From Heptranchias perlo (taxonomy: Eukaryota), in the NCBI RefSeq assembly GCF_035084215.1, contig NC_090339.1, forward strand, positions 29,822,001 through 29,886,000: 64,000 nucleotides of DNA, written 5' to 3'. The translations under genes were made by a program, and so were the position numbers. The notes under the pieces were generated by a model. It had not been told where the DNA came from. It searched no databases and saw only the letters and a list, made by a program, of their open reading frames with translations. Positions 1 through 12,953 of the stretch are shown piece by piece (the stretch's first letter is position 1; the number at the start of each line of letters is the position of its first letter).

Positions 1-1115
1 GTCTCCCCTTAATCTTCTCTGCTCTAAGGAGAACAATCTCGGCTTCTCCAATCTCTCCACATAACTCAAGTCCCTCATCCCTGGCATCATCCTGGTAAAC
101 CTCCTCTGTACTCTCTCCAAAGCCTTGACATCCTTCCTAAAATGAGATTCCCAGAATTGTACACAATACTCCAGCTGAGGCCTAACCAGTAATTTGTAAA
201 GGTTTAGCATGACCGCCTTGTTTTTGTATTCAATGCCCCTATTTAAAAAGCCAAGTATCCCATACGCTTTCTTAACCACCTTATCAACTTGCCCTGCCAC
301 ATTCAAAGATTTGTGTATATGACCCCCAGGACCCTCTGCTCTTGCACCCCCCTCAAAATAGTACCATTTAGATTATATTGCCTCTCCACATTGTTCCTCC
401 CAAAGTGCATCACTTCACACTTATCCACATTAAAAATTGGATCTGCCATGTGTCTGTCCATTTCATCAGTCTGTCATTGTCCTCCTGAAGTCTGTTACTA
501 TCCTCTTCACTACTTACTACATTGCCAAGTTTTGTATCATCCACAAACTTGAAAATTGTACTCCCTTTACCCAAGTCCAGATCATTCATATATAACAAGA
601 AAAGCAATGGTCCTAATACTGACCCTGGGGGACCCCACTTCATATGTCTCTCCAGTCAGAAAAACATCCATTCACCACTACTCTTTGCCTCCTATTCCTT
701 AGCCAATTATGTACCCAAGTTACCACTGTCCCTTTAATTCCATGTGTTTCTATTTTCCAAATAAGTCTATTATGTGGTATTTTATCAAATGCCTTTTGAA
801 AGGTGGTATATACAACATCTGCTGCATTACCTTCATCAACCCTCTCTGTTACTTCATCAAAGAATTCAATCAGGTTAGACAGACATGATTTGCCTTTAAC
901 AAATCCGTGCTGGCTGTCCCTTATTAACCCATGCTTCTCCAAGTGAGAATTAATTTTGTCCTTGACAATGGTCTCTGGAAGTTTTCTCACCACTGATGTG
1001 AGACTGATTGGCCTGTCATTACCAGGTTTATCCATCTCTCCTTTTTTCAATAGGGGTGTATCATTTACAATCCTCCAGACCTTTGGCACCACTCCCACAT
1101 CCAAGGAGGATTGAA
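1..1115 (-). mobile_element. CR1-type LINE fragment (RT region, frameshifted)
   Basis: ORFs 640..1152 (RPISLTSVV, SQHGFVKGKSCLSNL) and 410..643 (GSVLGPLLFLLYMNDL, FVDDTK). Confidence 0.92.
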
Positions 1116-2179
1116 ACCAACTTCTAAAACCAAAACCTTCCATGAAAAACAATTTAGCGCATTACAATGAGGTTAAGCATGCTGCATTTCACATGATAGC
1201 ATAAAGATTCCGGGGGTGCCAATATAGTGGGATCTCCTGCCCACAATTTTGTCCCCATCCGGGGGGTGGTGTCATTTGCATATTAAGGGAAGGCACTCTT
1301 GCCTGTATTGGTGCTACAGAGGTGCCCACCCAGCAGATCTGCTGTAATTTTGGAGTGGTTCCTCGACACCCTGAAGAGGGGAATCACAGGCCAGTCTGGC
1401 TGATCATTCCCAGGATTGAGTTATTTTTTGCTCTCTTGTTGCTGTATCTCCAAGTCAAACAGCAGTTGATCTCTCTAGGATGAATGACCATTTGAATTGT
1501 GCTTAGTGGGGCCCACGTATAGGCCCCTGCATACTTCCTGTAGGCGTCTGTACCACTGTCCATTAGAGACATATTGAGCAGATTTCCGGAGGAATCCATC
1601 ACCCCCCAGACATATCTCAAAAGTGATGGTGAGATTGACGGGACCAGTTGGGAGGAGCCAACCCCCATCGGACGTTATCATGGCATTGAGAAAGGGGTGG
1701 AAACTCAGCGGACATTTTCTAATCCCTTCGTTCCCGAGAGCAGAAATTCTAGGCTAATTTGTTTTTCAGTCTATGACATGGTTCCGGTCACTACAGTAGA
1801 ACAAACTGAAATTCATTTTACAAAACTGAAAGCAAGTACGGAACAAAACAATGGTTAAAAACTGGATTTAGTTAGTGCTTCTGCTCGTTTTATAATGAAA
1901 TATTTAATTTCTGAAAATGCTGAAAATTTGGTTCTCTAATAATGCAGAACATTCTATGGCCAATAGGTGGCAGGACAGTCACATTCAGCCTACCCCCCCA
2001 TGGTTGACGTCATTTTTGTACTAAATATTGAATTAATCCAATAATTCAAATTAAATGTATTCAATCAGATAATTTGAATGAAGTGACTGAATTAAAGACT
2101 CTTTTCTGAAACCTCAACTAGGTTAATGATAAAACAATTCTACTGCATTTGTTCAATCTCAATGCACAATATTAGAACA

Positions 2180-2820
2180 ACAGCACTTACATTTCCATAC
2201 TGCTTTTCACATAACAAATAATGTCTCAGATCACTTTACAAGGCTGAAGAAAAAGGACAGTGACCAGGAAAGAACAGAAATTGGGGGAAAGTGAATGCAT
2301 ACAAATGAACAGGGTGTCATCCAAACAGAGTAACAAGCACAGTGTTTGGAGGGACAACTGAAAGTTTGATCAAAGAGATGGGTTTTAAGGAGATTCTCGA
2401 GGGAAGACAGGAAAGTGAAGAAGCAAAGGGATTTATAGAGGGAATGCCAGAGAGTGAATTAGGTGGCTGAAAGCACAGCTGCCAATGGTGGGGAAAAGGG
2501 AAGGGAATGCACCAGAGTCAGAGAAACAGAGAGTCCAAAGGGTGGGTTATAGGCATGGAGGAGGTTACAGAGATAGGGAGGGGTGAGGCCATGAAGGGAT
2601 TTTAACATAGAAGATGAGAATTTTAAATTTGACGCATTGAAAGACCAGGAGCCAATGTAGGTCAGCAAGGACAGGGCCAACAGGACTTGGTGCGAGATTG
2701 AATATGGGCAGCTGAGCATTGGCTGCACTGCAGTTTACTCGAGGGTGGAAGATTGGAGGCCAGCCAGGTAAGTATTGAAGTGGTTGGGGAGCCAATTAAA
2801 TGGGAGTGCACAGCAGGGGT
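2180..2820 (-). mobile_element. L2-type LINE 3' fragment
   Basis: Degenerate PVLADLHWL...KFKIL...LHGLTPPYL motifs; similar to the element at 22900-25070. Confidence 0.75.
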
Positions 2821-5643
2821 ACAAAAATTCTGAAAGATTTTGCAAATACTCAAAAGGCATCCCAACTGATGAGTAGGCTTTACTAAGACTGAAAGGGCAG
2901 GCGCAAATAAAGAGAAAGGAAACCCAAGGTGCAGACACAAGTCTGCAGGCAAACGACAGAGCAGCCCAGCACTTGACCCCCTGTTTGATGCCTGCTGAAG
3001 TGGAGGCGGTGCTGCAAGAGGTGGTTGTGAGAAAGATGGTTCTCTGGGCAACTCCATGACAACTTTTCTATAGATTAGCATAGCAGCATGCCTGCAAAGA
3101 GGTAAGTCAAGTTTCAGGCTGCAGTTGTTAGCTTCACTGGATGTGCCAGCTTTATTCTGCTTGAGAACTATATTTGTCTTTGCATTAATGGTACAGCTCT
3201 TTATCTGGCACTTTGCTGAACCAGACCTTGGATAGACAGTTTCCTGTGGTCATTGCCAGATAGGAGTCCCAGGACATCCAGATATCGTTGGTGGCATCTT
3301 GACTGGTGCAGGCAATCCGGTGATACTAACCGTTGAGCACTGTGACAATGTTTCTTTTATGCAGTGCGACTGAAAGCAGGGAATACTGTGATTGGGATGC
3401 TTCTGAGGGTGTATCCAATATCAGGGTTAGTCAGGCATTTGAAGTGCCTGTGATTTCCCAATATGTGTTTCCAGTGTTTGAGCCTCTACATCAGAAGCAT
3501 GCATTTGGAAAATGAGCATGTGGTCAACATAAGTCAACAAATAATTAAATTACATTGTTTAATGCAATGTTACCAAAATCACCAAACATTTAAAGTACAA
3601 TATGTTATTAGTTATTCAAAACAACAATAGTAATTAAGGTGTATTGAATTACATGGTAAACGTATCTTTGAATTAGAACCAGGCAGCACTGATTTTAAAC
3701 AAACACAATGATATAAAATAGCTAAACATTCCATGTTTATTTGCATCTGGCTACTGTTCACTAATCAGCGATTGTTACACCATTGGCTCCACTGCCTAAT
3801 CGATGATGTGACACCTTTGAAATAGAAAGGATGCGTTTACAATATAACTGTAGTGACAATTAAAAGCAGCTTTGCTATGCACCCACGCTGCAGTTATAGT
3901 GTGAATGCAGCCTGATTCTGGAGTCAGGGCCTGGCTAGACGCCAGAACGAATTAGAACGGAACTCCCTGAAGGAAGAAGTCTTGCTTCACTTCACTTTAG
4001 AGTACATACAAGCCTTGACACACAATTTTACACAAGTTTAGTGTCTGTCTGAAGCCGAAGTTGCTTTGCACCAATGCTAAACTTGCACTGTAAATGTACC
4101 CAGAGATCCAGCAGCATCACATTTTCTGAGGTAAAACCCATTACCAGAGCCCTATCACTTCACACTTCATGGCCACGGACGTTTTGTAAGGTGTTAAGTT
4201 AGAATGTGTAAGTTTTAATGACGTAATTATCAGGGCATCGTGTAAAAAACATGTTAGAATCCAGAACAAAGATTTCCTGAATATCTCAATAATTATGCCT
4301 ATTAAATAAATTACATATTTTACAGTCAATTATTATCTTTACATATTTGTGCAAAAATTAAGGTTCTGGAAAACCAGTGGCAAACACAATGAGGCCGAAA
4401 CTCCTGGGGTGGGTGAGAGTGCAACTTGAAAAGATCACCCACAATTTTCGGTGGAACCCAGATTCATTGGATTTTCTAAATTCCAATTGAAGGACAGTCA
4501 AGGCTTCCATTGCACCCACCCATGTTCACAGTCAGTTTTGGGGGTATATCTGGGGGCATTCCCACGCTACCCTGGGAATTCCAAATTCATATACAGTTTA
4601 GGGCCAGCAGAAGCCACGCGTGCTGAGAATAGGCATTGGGTCAATTTAGACTTTTGGGTGGTCGCCCGTCCTGGCTCAAAATGGCGGCTGTGATTTTGAG
4701 GCTCCCGCCTCATTTACATCGAACCGGAGAGTTGAGGGATGCCAAACGGGCGTCCTGAGGCAACTTATTGGATGCAGGCTGGCCAATATCAGGCCAGGGC
4801 AGCTGGCAGCAAGGTCAGTACAGGGGGAGGACGGGGTCCCAGGCCAGCAGCAGCCCAGATTATTTTGGTGAGGCTCCTACGAGCCCGGCGTAAAAATTGA
4901 AACCATCTTTGCTGGGTTTCTTCGGCTCCATCGCTCTTGGAACTGATCAGCGAATGCACAGCGTGCACTCCGATCAGTTCTCTCCTAAAATGGCAGTCGA
5001 GGTTCTCTGTACGTCATAGGACCACAAAGTGCATATTAAAAGGGTCCAACCACTGAACCAGATAGGCGCTATGGCCATCCAGCGGTAGGCCTCTGTTAAA
5101 GTGCCAACGGGCCGATAAAGGGGTGGCAACTCTACCAACCCTCTTTTGAGGCCATTATCCCCTCCCAGTTAATACTGATTTCGCGAAGTGAAAATTGGCC
5201 CCATGGATTCCATTATGGGCCTATGAAAGCCCCAAATTCCCCAAGAGGGATTGATCACCTTATGATTGCAGCCTCTTTGTTCCCTGCAATGATAATTTTT
5301 TTTACCAACTTATTGCATCTCGCAGGGTACCATTCCAGTTTACCCACACCTCATCAGGGCAGGTATCTCCTATGCACCTCCATAAGTGTGGGCTGCCGTC
5401 CCAAACATTAAAATGACCCATTCCTGGAAATTGGCCTTGTGTCACAGGCCGGACCAGTCAGTGGAGGGAAGTCTTGCCCCACTGCACTTCTGGTGGTAGA
5501 CCGGAATCCCAGCAATTTCAGTCCCAATGTCTTCAGGAGTTTCAATCCTTATACCATAGATTACATAATATCTATCAATCATGAAAATCTATGATCAACA
5601 TGCTAATTAAATTTGGACATTAATGCAAATAAGTTGACATTTT

Positions 5644-6562
5644 TCATTGCAAATAAGAAGTTAAAGTGGAACTATCCCTAACTTTTTCAATGTTCTCAAC
5701 TGTGTCGATAATAGCTTCTATTTTGTCCTGTTCCAGCACATGTGAAGCATTATTTTTGAATTTGTTGAGCAGTGATTCTCTAGACAGTGGCTTTCTCCAG
5801 TGTCCGTAAAAGGTGTCACATTTTCCACTGAGCACATCTCTGTTCTTCAGGACCAGAACCACCTCTCCGTACATCTTCTCAAAACTGGCCACGTTATCTT
5901 CAGGATGCTGAAGCTCCACTTTGTTGAGTAACTCACTGAGATTATCTCGATGGAGTTTACTTTCACTGAATGATTCAATGCTTACATCTCCATCCAACAG
6001 TGCCGAGCAGGCATTAAACTGGAAGGAATGGCGAGCCTCATGTTCCGTCTCTGGGAATGGCCTGTTGATGTATCGGGAAATGGGGACGCGCAGTATGATT
6101 CTTTCAATCATAGAGGGTGAAAAGACACCCTCATTGGCAGTCACCAGCTGCCTAACTGAGGCAGCAGCGTCTACCACCCAGTGCATGCCCAGATGAGCTG
6201 GGAAGCGCTTAAATGCAATATCTTGGTCCTCTAGCAGAAAACGTGTCTGCTCAAGTGGTGCCAGCTCCTGAGGTTGATAATCACCATAGAAAGCAGCAAA
6301 TCCAAAGCAGCCGGGGGTGTTGTCTAGAATTTTAGCATTTCCCTCCATTCCTTTAGAGGCAAGGAGGGCTGCCTCAAAGCCCAGCCGTGTGGCATTGCCA
6401 ATATGGATGGGTTTTGCCTGAGTAGCTGCATTGGCCATGGGTGCCCCTGAGAGTGAAGCTGCAATAGCCAGGGCATTAATACACTGATTGGGGTTCAGTG
6501 ATAGAAATTTAGCTACGGCTGCAGCGCTGCCCATTGTCCCAACCACACTGGGAGGGTGGAAC
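5644..6562 (-). CDS. ACOD1: ACOD1 last coding exon
   Basis: Lies within ORF 5644..6588. Acceptor tttaacag|G at 6563/6562 completes the Arg codon (PKR|FHPP). Stop at 5644-5646. Confidence 0.95.
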
Positions 6563-9500
6563 CTGTTAAATAAAGAAAATATATTCAAGAATCTGATCCT
6601 TTTACTTGTTTATTACTATTACACAGTAACACTTCAATTCAACAGAATTATCAGTTTTGTTGTGATTAATACTTCTACAAAGTGCTCTTTTACAGGTCAG
6701 ATTCTCTACTAGAGCCTCTAAACGAACTCACTGCCCAGTAATCGGCCATTTACATAAATGCTCTTAAGGAATGGTAATAAAACCTGATACCTTTTTGTGG
6801 GTTGTACCCAGAGGTTAAAATGTTTTCTCTAGATGTTTTATACTGTTTTATTACCCTCTACAACTTTTCATTTACTGATTCATTACACTTTTTATTTTGT
6901 TTATTTTTGCCTACAGTGCAGATAAACTGTGACCCAGCTAAGAATAGTTTTTCACAACCCCCAAATTATAATGTGTTGGACCTTTTCCCATTCACTCCAA
7001 TTGTATAATGTTCTTGTCAAACATAATACTGATTTCTGAGCAATGAAATGAATGAAGTACCAAGGAGTGGCATTGGTGTAAAGATTCAAAAGGGAATTAT
7101 CTAGGTAGAAAAGATATGGAAGTATGTGGTGGGAAAAGATGAGGGGTTAATCTATAAAGAGAGAAGAGGGTAAATTTTGACTTTGTGCAATCGTGTAAAA
7201 CTGGTGATAGTCAATCAGTAGCCTATTTTACATCTCTCCCAATGTTTATTACCATTGACTTCAATGAAAATAAAAATCGGGAGAGATGAAAACCAGGCTG
7301 CCAATCCATTTCACACTATTGCGCACTGAAAATCTGTCTTCTCCTGTCCTAAAAATTCTTATGTTATTATGTTGGTAGATATCAGTAGTTAAGTGTAGGT
7401 TACTGCTTCAAATAATATTAGACAAAACAATAACTTTAATGTAGAATGAGGTCTGACAAAAATCATGTCTATCCTTTCTGTTAATCTGGAGCCAAATGGC
7501 TGCTCCTTTCCCCAACACTAACACTAAAACAATTCTACTCTTTCTGCTGACATTTATCATCGTCGCTGGGTCAAGATCCTGGAACTCCCTTCCTAACAGC
7601 ACAGTGGGAGAACCTTCACCGCATGGGTTGCAGCGGTTCAAGAAGGCGGCTCACCACCACCTTCTCAAGGGCAATTAGGGATGGACAATAAATGCTGGCC
7701 TCGCCAGCGACGCCCACATCCCATGAACGATTAAAAAAACATAAAGCAGTAGCCAAGATCTATATAAAAGGAGGGTAAAGTTGTTCCACGTGCAACAGTA
7801 TTAAAAAGGAGACTCTTTGAACACGTCAAACGACACATTTTGATCTATTCGGCAACAACTTTAGTAATTGCTGCACCGATGTTTGAATTTAGTGCCAGAA
7901 TCTTACCTCTTCGGAATGTTGTTGGCCTCTTGGGAGAAGCGCATTAACCTGCCCTGAATTTCAATGCCCACATTAAAGGCCAGCAGGAAGTCAAGGCCAC
8001 TGGGTTTGGAGTTTGGAGGCAACATCTGGGCAGCAGCTAGAAGGGCAGGCAGCACAGCTCCCGAGGGATGGGTGGCAGGGTGCCAGGTGTCATCGAAATC
8101 CATCGAGTGGACCTGAGGGACAAGAAGGGGCAACACTCAGATTAACTCTATGGAAACAACAAGAAATGGGCAGAAGAGTCCGTTGATATGAGGAGAGTTT
8201 TATCATTAATATTTTTCTGCTACTTGTTTGGTTTGGGAAGCCCAGTTGAAAGACAGTTGGAAGTAGATAGATTGAGTACAAATATCTCACCGCGACTCCA
8301 TTGGCGAAAGCGGCCAGAGTGGGAGAAAGTTTTAATCCATTGCGTCCATACACCGAGCTGACTGGGTCTGGGGCAAACATTTGCTGTTAGAAAAAAGGGG
8401 AACAGGTTAGAAAGGAAGGAACTGGACAGCTTACTTTGAGAAATGGTCTATGCGGAGTCTGTTGGCTGAGACAGTGACTATCACTGGTAGAATACGTGTG
8501 CGAGTGAATATTGCAATCATTGGATTCTGTAGACTGGGGCTGCCAATCCGTGCGCAATTTAGTCTTGTCATTTTGACTTCATGCCCTAGTGTAAAATGGG
8601 CTATAGTGTATCGGCAGCCCATTTTGCAGATTCCACATCACCTGTTTTACACACTCGCACGGTCAAAATTACCCCCTTGGATTTATCCCACAAACTTTGA
8701 GAATCAGCGTGAAACGGTCTCCAAGTTAGATAGTCACTTTTGCATTGATATCACCCAAAACCACAAGCCAGAAATTGTGCTGAGTGGCGTAGCACCTGTC
8801 TCTGCAGCTCCTGCTAATTAAAACAACACATGTATTTTCCGCAGGCTCTGTGGCATTGATTTGCTTGATTTTGAAATTTTGTGAAATTGTGCGCTGTCAA
8901 TTCAAACTCTCAGCAAAGTAAGTTGATTTGCATGGAAATGTCTGTCGGAATGGAAGACACGCCCAGAAAATCTGTCAGGAAGTGATATCACGCCCACAAG
9001 CAGACAAACAGACTTCATTCATTTAAAGTTAGTATTCTGGAAGTCATTGTAAACAAAAATTTTAATTTTTTTTATAAACAGGCAAAGAAATAATTGAATT
9101 AAATTAAAGAGACAGAAGGGAAAAGTAAAAAAAAATACATTTTTTAATTGCTAAAAACTCTTAAAATATGGAGTAATATGAGACTCCACATTTTAAAAAT
9201 TTAATTTTTAGTTATCTGGCAGTCATAAAGAGTTATCGCACTTTTAAAGTTTAATTTAGACCTGGTATCTTCAAGATGGCGTAATTAGTTACGATCCAGC
9301 TGGGCGGATGAGCAAGTTTGAAATGTTTCAGTGATTTCAATGATTGCAACGAGGCGATGGCCCTTTAATTCGCAGCTGTCAAATCGCCTGCCAACCAATA
9401 GGAGCAAGTTCACCTCGCAAATTCGCCTGTGCAAATTCAGGAACTTGCTCCTTCCATTAGCCACTAAAAACGCTGTTGAGCTCCTCCATTACTTCGGGAG

Positions 9501-10920
9501 AAATTTCTGCCCCGTTACATAAAGGCGGGAGTGGCTGTATAAACGCAGCCTAAAATAAATGTATACGATGCAGTGTTGTGTTGAAGCTCTGAGATAGCTG
9601 TTTGTGTGTTTAAAGCGAACTCCTATACTTTCGCTGCATGACGGAAACTGACATATTAATGCAGGAATATCATTGTTACTGATCAATGCAGCAGGAAGTA
9701 TTCGTTCAGCACGGAGTGTTGCGGTGACTATATGTTTGAAATTAGTTCACGTGTACATTACCTGGCAATAATTGAGGCAGATATCAAAAACGTGGCTGGT
9801 GCTGCCCAGGACCCCGACCCCAATGTTATCCAGGATCATGCGTTTACTCCTCTGTAAAACCGTGTCTGAGAGATGATCAGCTTTAACCCCAGAGACAAAT
9901 GAGCCGAAACTGCTTGTCACCGTCTCGTTCAAATCCGGCGCCTCGAAAGCTAACACAGAAAAAATACAGTTGTTGTAAAATTGTGTGTGAGGTGTTCCTT
10001 TGTTAAAATATATTTGGAAGCAGCCAATTTAAACTTAATCAAAAGCAGAATACTGCGGACGCTGGAAATCTGAAATAAAAATAGAAAATGCTGGAGAAGT
10101 TCAGCAAGTCTGAGATTGCTGCCTGACTTGCTGAGCTTCTCCAGCATTTTCTATTTTAATTTAAACTGTTATATTTTCCTCCAGAACGAGTTCTATAAAA
10201 CTGTAACAAAAAACTCTCACTTGGAAATAAAATACATTTCCCCGCCAAAGTGATCATATTTCGGAATTAATAGCTCTCTCATGTTAAAGTTGAAAGGAAA
10301 AGTAACACAAGCCTTTTATTTCTTAGGTTTTGTTACAGACTCCGAGAGATGGACTGAAATAATCAAACCTACAATATCAAACAATCAGCAGCGACTTTAG
10401 TTACTTTATTATCGACCTGCCGCTCTATAACTGTATCTGGAATTTAATTCACAACGAGTACCACTAGTTCTGCTGTTACCACTATTGTTGTATGGTTTGG
10501 ACGGATTTCTGCTCGATTTTTTTCAGTGCATCGTCTTTGAGTTGAAGCGAGCAAAAATACTGAGATTTCACACGGCCCTTCCCACCCTCAGTGTCACATT
10601 TGCACCCTACACCTGACTCCAGAAATGAAGCATACACGCATGGATTATCAGTGAACATTTTATTTTAATTTCGTATCAGATAGAAACCAGGTAGGAGGAT
10701 ATTTACCTTTGCGGGAAATCTTATGGTACAGTCGCTTTCCAACTGTGAAGCAGGACTGGGTTTTCTAAAGAGGAACAGAACGAATCACAGTGTTAGCAAT
10801 TAATCTTGAAAAAATACAATTTTTAAAAAATGTAACTAATAATAAAAAAATACAAATATGGAAAAAGTTAAATTAATTTTTCAAAGCTACATTAATATCT
10901 ACCTGCAGTTTGGAAAACAT
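5644..10920 (-). CDS. ACOD1: Cis-aconitate decarboxylase (IRG1), MmgE/PrpD family; 6 coding exons, ~493 aa
   Basis: Minus-strand exons, all GT-AG and phase-consistent: 10920-10903, 10764-10707, 9949-9762, 8383-8291, 8112-7907, 6562-5644 (1482 nt). The translation contains RSKRMILDNIGVG, AAFANGVAVHSMDFDDTWHPATHPS, PKRFHPPSVVG, QAKPIHIG, AFKRFPAHLGMHW, EARHSFQFNAC and FYGHWRKPL, which are typical of vertebrate ACOD1. Confidence 0.96.
7555..7740 (+). mobile_element. 3' tail of second LINE family (family B) in ACOD1 intron 5
   Basis: SWNSLPNSTVGEPSPHGLQRFKKAAHHHLLKGN* plus gggcaattagggatgg... and an A tail; near-identical to the ends at 16810-17000 and 62150-62339. Confidence 0.9.
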
Positions 10921-11006
10921 TCTGGTGCTTTTCTCTTTGTAGCTGTTCTTGCGATCGGGACAAATTTTACTTAGAGAATTGTCTGATTCTGCTGACTTTG
11001 ACCCGA

Positions 11007-11136
11007 TATTTATACAGCATCTCGGAGCAAGAGAGCAGCAAACACACGTCAATCACCCCCGCCCCCCCGCAGGGTCAGGATCAGGGTCAGATGTTATTGT
11101 CACCGATTTGCATAATTAGAATCGGTGGGAACTTCC
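11007..11136 (-). promoter_or_regulatory. ACOD1 proximal promoter (TATA, CRE-like half site, GC box, octamer/C-EBP, NF-kB site)
   Basis: TATAAATA on the minus strand at 11007-11014, about 90 bp upstream of the ATG. Also CACGTCA near 11045, CCCCGCCCC near 11057, ATTTGCATAA at 11106-11115 and GGGAACTTCC at 11127-11136. Confidence 0.7.
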
Positions 11137-12802
11137 TTGAACGCGTCATTGTTCGATCAGAAAAGGCTGAAGTCACAAGTTCCCAATGTTTAGGACTGCC
11201 CTTGGTTTCCAGTAACCCCTGCCTACTTTCCAATAACTACAGGAAAATAACAGGGTGGGGGGATTGGTACCTAAAGTGGTCGTGGATAACACCCCATCCG
11301 ATTCTTTTTTCTATTGACTTCAATGGATGGGCTGATGATTCGGGCTGGCGATTCGCTATCGCCCTCATAGTGTTAGAGGCGGTTTTGCTCCCTATATCTT
11401 TGAGATAAACAATACTTAAAAGTCTCAAACCTTCATATTTCTTTTTATAGCCCTTAATGGCGAAGTTTTTGAGGCCTTCCGCCTAGCAGAAGGACAGTAG
11501 TGCCCCGAAAATGGTGGGGAATGACTTACCGTCCCGTTCCTTGCCATCGCTGTGGCTGCGATAATCCTCCCCGGACCTTCCGCTGATCGACCAGAGCACT
11601 CCCTGATTCAGGCGAATTGGGGTCCTATGACGAGCATAAAGACCTCGATCAACATCTTAGGAGAGTATCGTGTGGAGCGTGCGCCAGGCACACTCTGTCC
11701 TTATCAGCTGGCAGTCCAGCCAAAGAGGATCTCACAGGTAAGTCTGTGTTTATTTTTGTGGGACCACGAGCCGCATGAGTGCTCCTCCAAGTCGCACAAA
11801 AATACTGCAGGCACGGGCTCGTGCCCCTCAGCCTCACATCCCCCTCACCTCCCAGGACCTACCTACAGCTGCTGCCGGCCGACATTCCTGTGGCCCAGAA
11901 ACGACTGCTGCCTCAGGACTCCCATTTGGCGTCCGCAGCTCACCAATTGGATTCATATGAGGACCAGCCCTTAAAATCACGGTGGCCTTTTCGCTGCTGG
12001 AACAGCCGATCGGTGGGCACGCTCTATTGGTTGGCTACCCAAAAGTCAGATCCCACCCCAAATGTACTGCATGTCAATAAGAATGATGCTGCTTTGCCTC
12101 AAACATTTCAATCTATGAATTCAATTGGAGCTGCAACCCAAACAAAAATAAATCAGGGGCAGATGACCCAAACCAGTGAGAGCCAATATGTTGGTCCAAA
12201 AAGTTGTCCTTTTTTGTGTCCATCCAAGTAATAACACAGCCCTGTCACAATGTTGGGCTACTCCTCAAAGGTAACAACACCCTGCTCCAGAGGGTGGCAG
12301 TAATGGTATGGTAAGGAAAGAGACTCATTAAGTCAAACTTCAACCCTGAGGAGGAACCCATCACAACCTCCCTTACAGCCCCATCAAGTATTGCTACACG
12401 AGAATAAGAACACAATATTTGGGCATAGCGAAGGAACCGTCCTTTTTTGCATGATGTCATCTTTATTAATTGTTCTCTCGAGAAGCACAATGATCTCTTG
12501 AATCTATTCAGACTATTCACTTAAATAGATTTCCCTAATAACCTATTCCACAACAAAACCCTCTGGTATTTCTGTCAAAGTGTAAGTTCTCTTACTTTAG
12601 CATGTGTTTCTCATTTGCCAGAAATACTGGATGAGGAAATTTTCACAATGCATTTGCAATGCTGCATACAAAGACCAAAGGAATTCTTCCCAGGGAATTT
12701 GTGTTTTCTTCTTTCCCTATTTACTTTTCTTTGCTGCCTTTTGTGGTTTTTGTAAGCCCACGTTTTCTTCTGTTTTGTTTTGAATTATGATTTTCATCTC
12801 AC

Positions 12803-12953
12803 AGGGGGTGAAATTGGTCTTGGACAGTATTGGAAAAAGTGACTCGGCAGCCCATTTTACACCTGCCCGATTTTCTTTTCCATGCGTGTAAAATGGGCTG
12901 CCGATCCGCTATGGCTCCTTTTTACATTGCTGTCCAAGACTAATTTCACCCCC
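12803..12953. mobile_element. Palindromic MITE (GGGGGTGAAATT...AATTTCACCCCC termini)
   Basis: Arms gggggtgaaattggtcttggacag / ctgtccaagactaatttcaccccc and inner gcagcccattttacac / gtgtaaaatgggctgc. Related degenerate copies at about 7167-7340, 8560-8677, 11247-11390 and 63925-64000. Confidence 0.75.

Noticed and set aside
12630-12700. Cluster of kB/C-EBP-like words as a shared enhancer
   Set aside because: Matches are imperfect and expected by chance in AT-rich DNA; conservation data would be needed.
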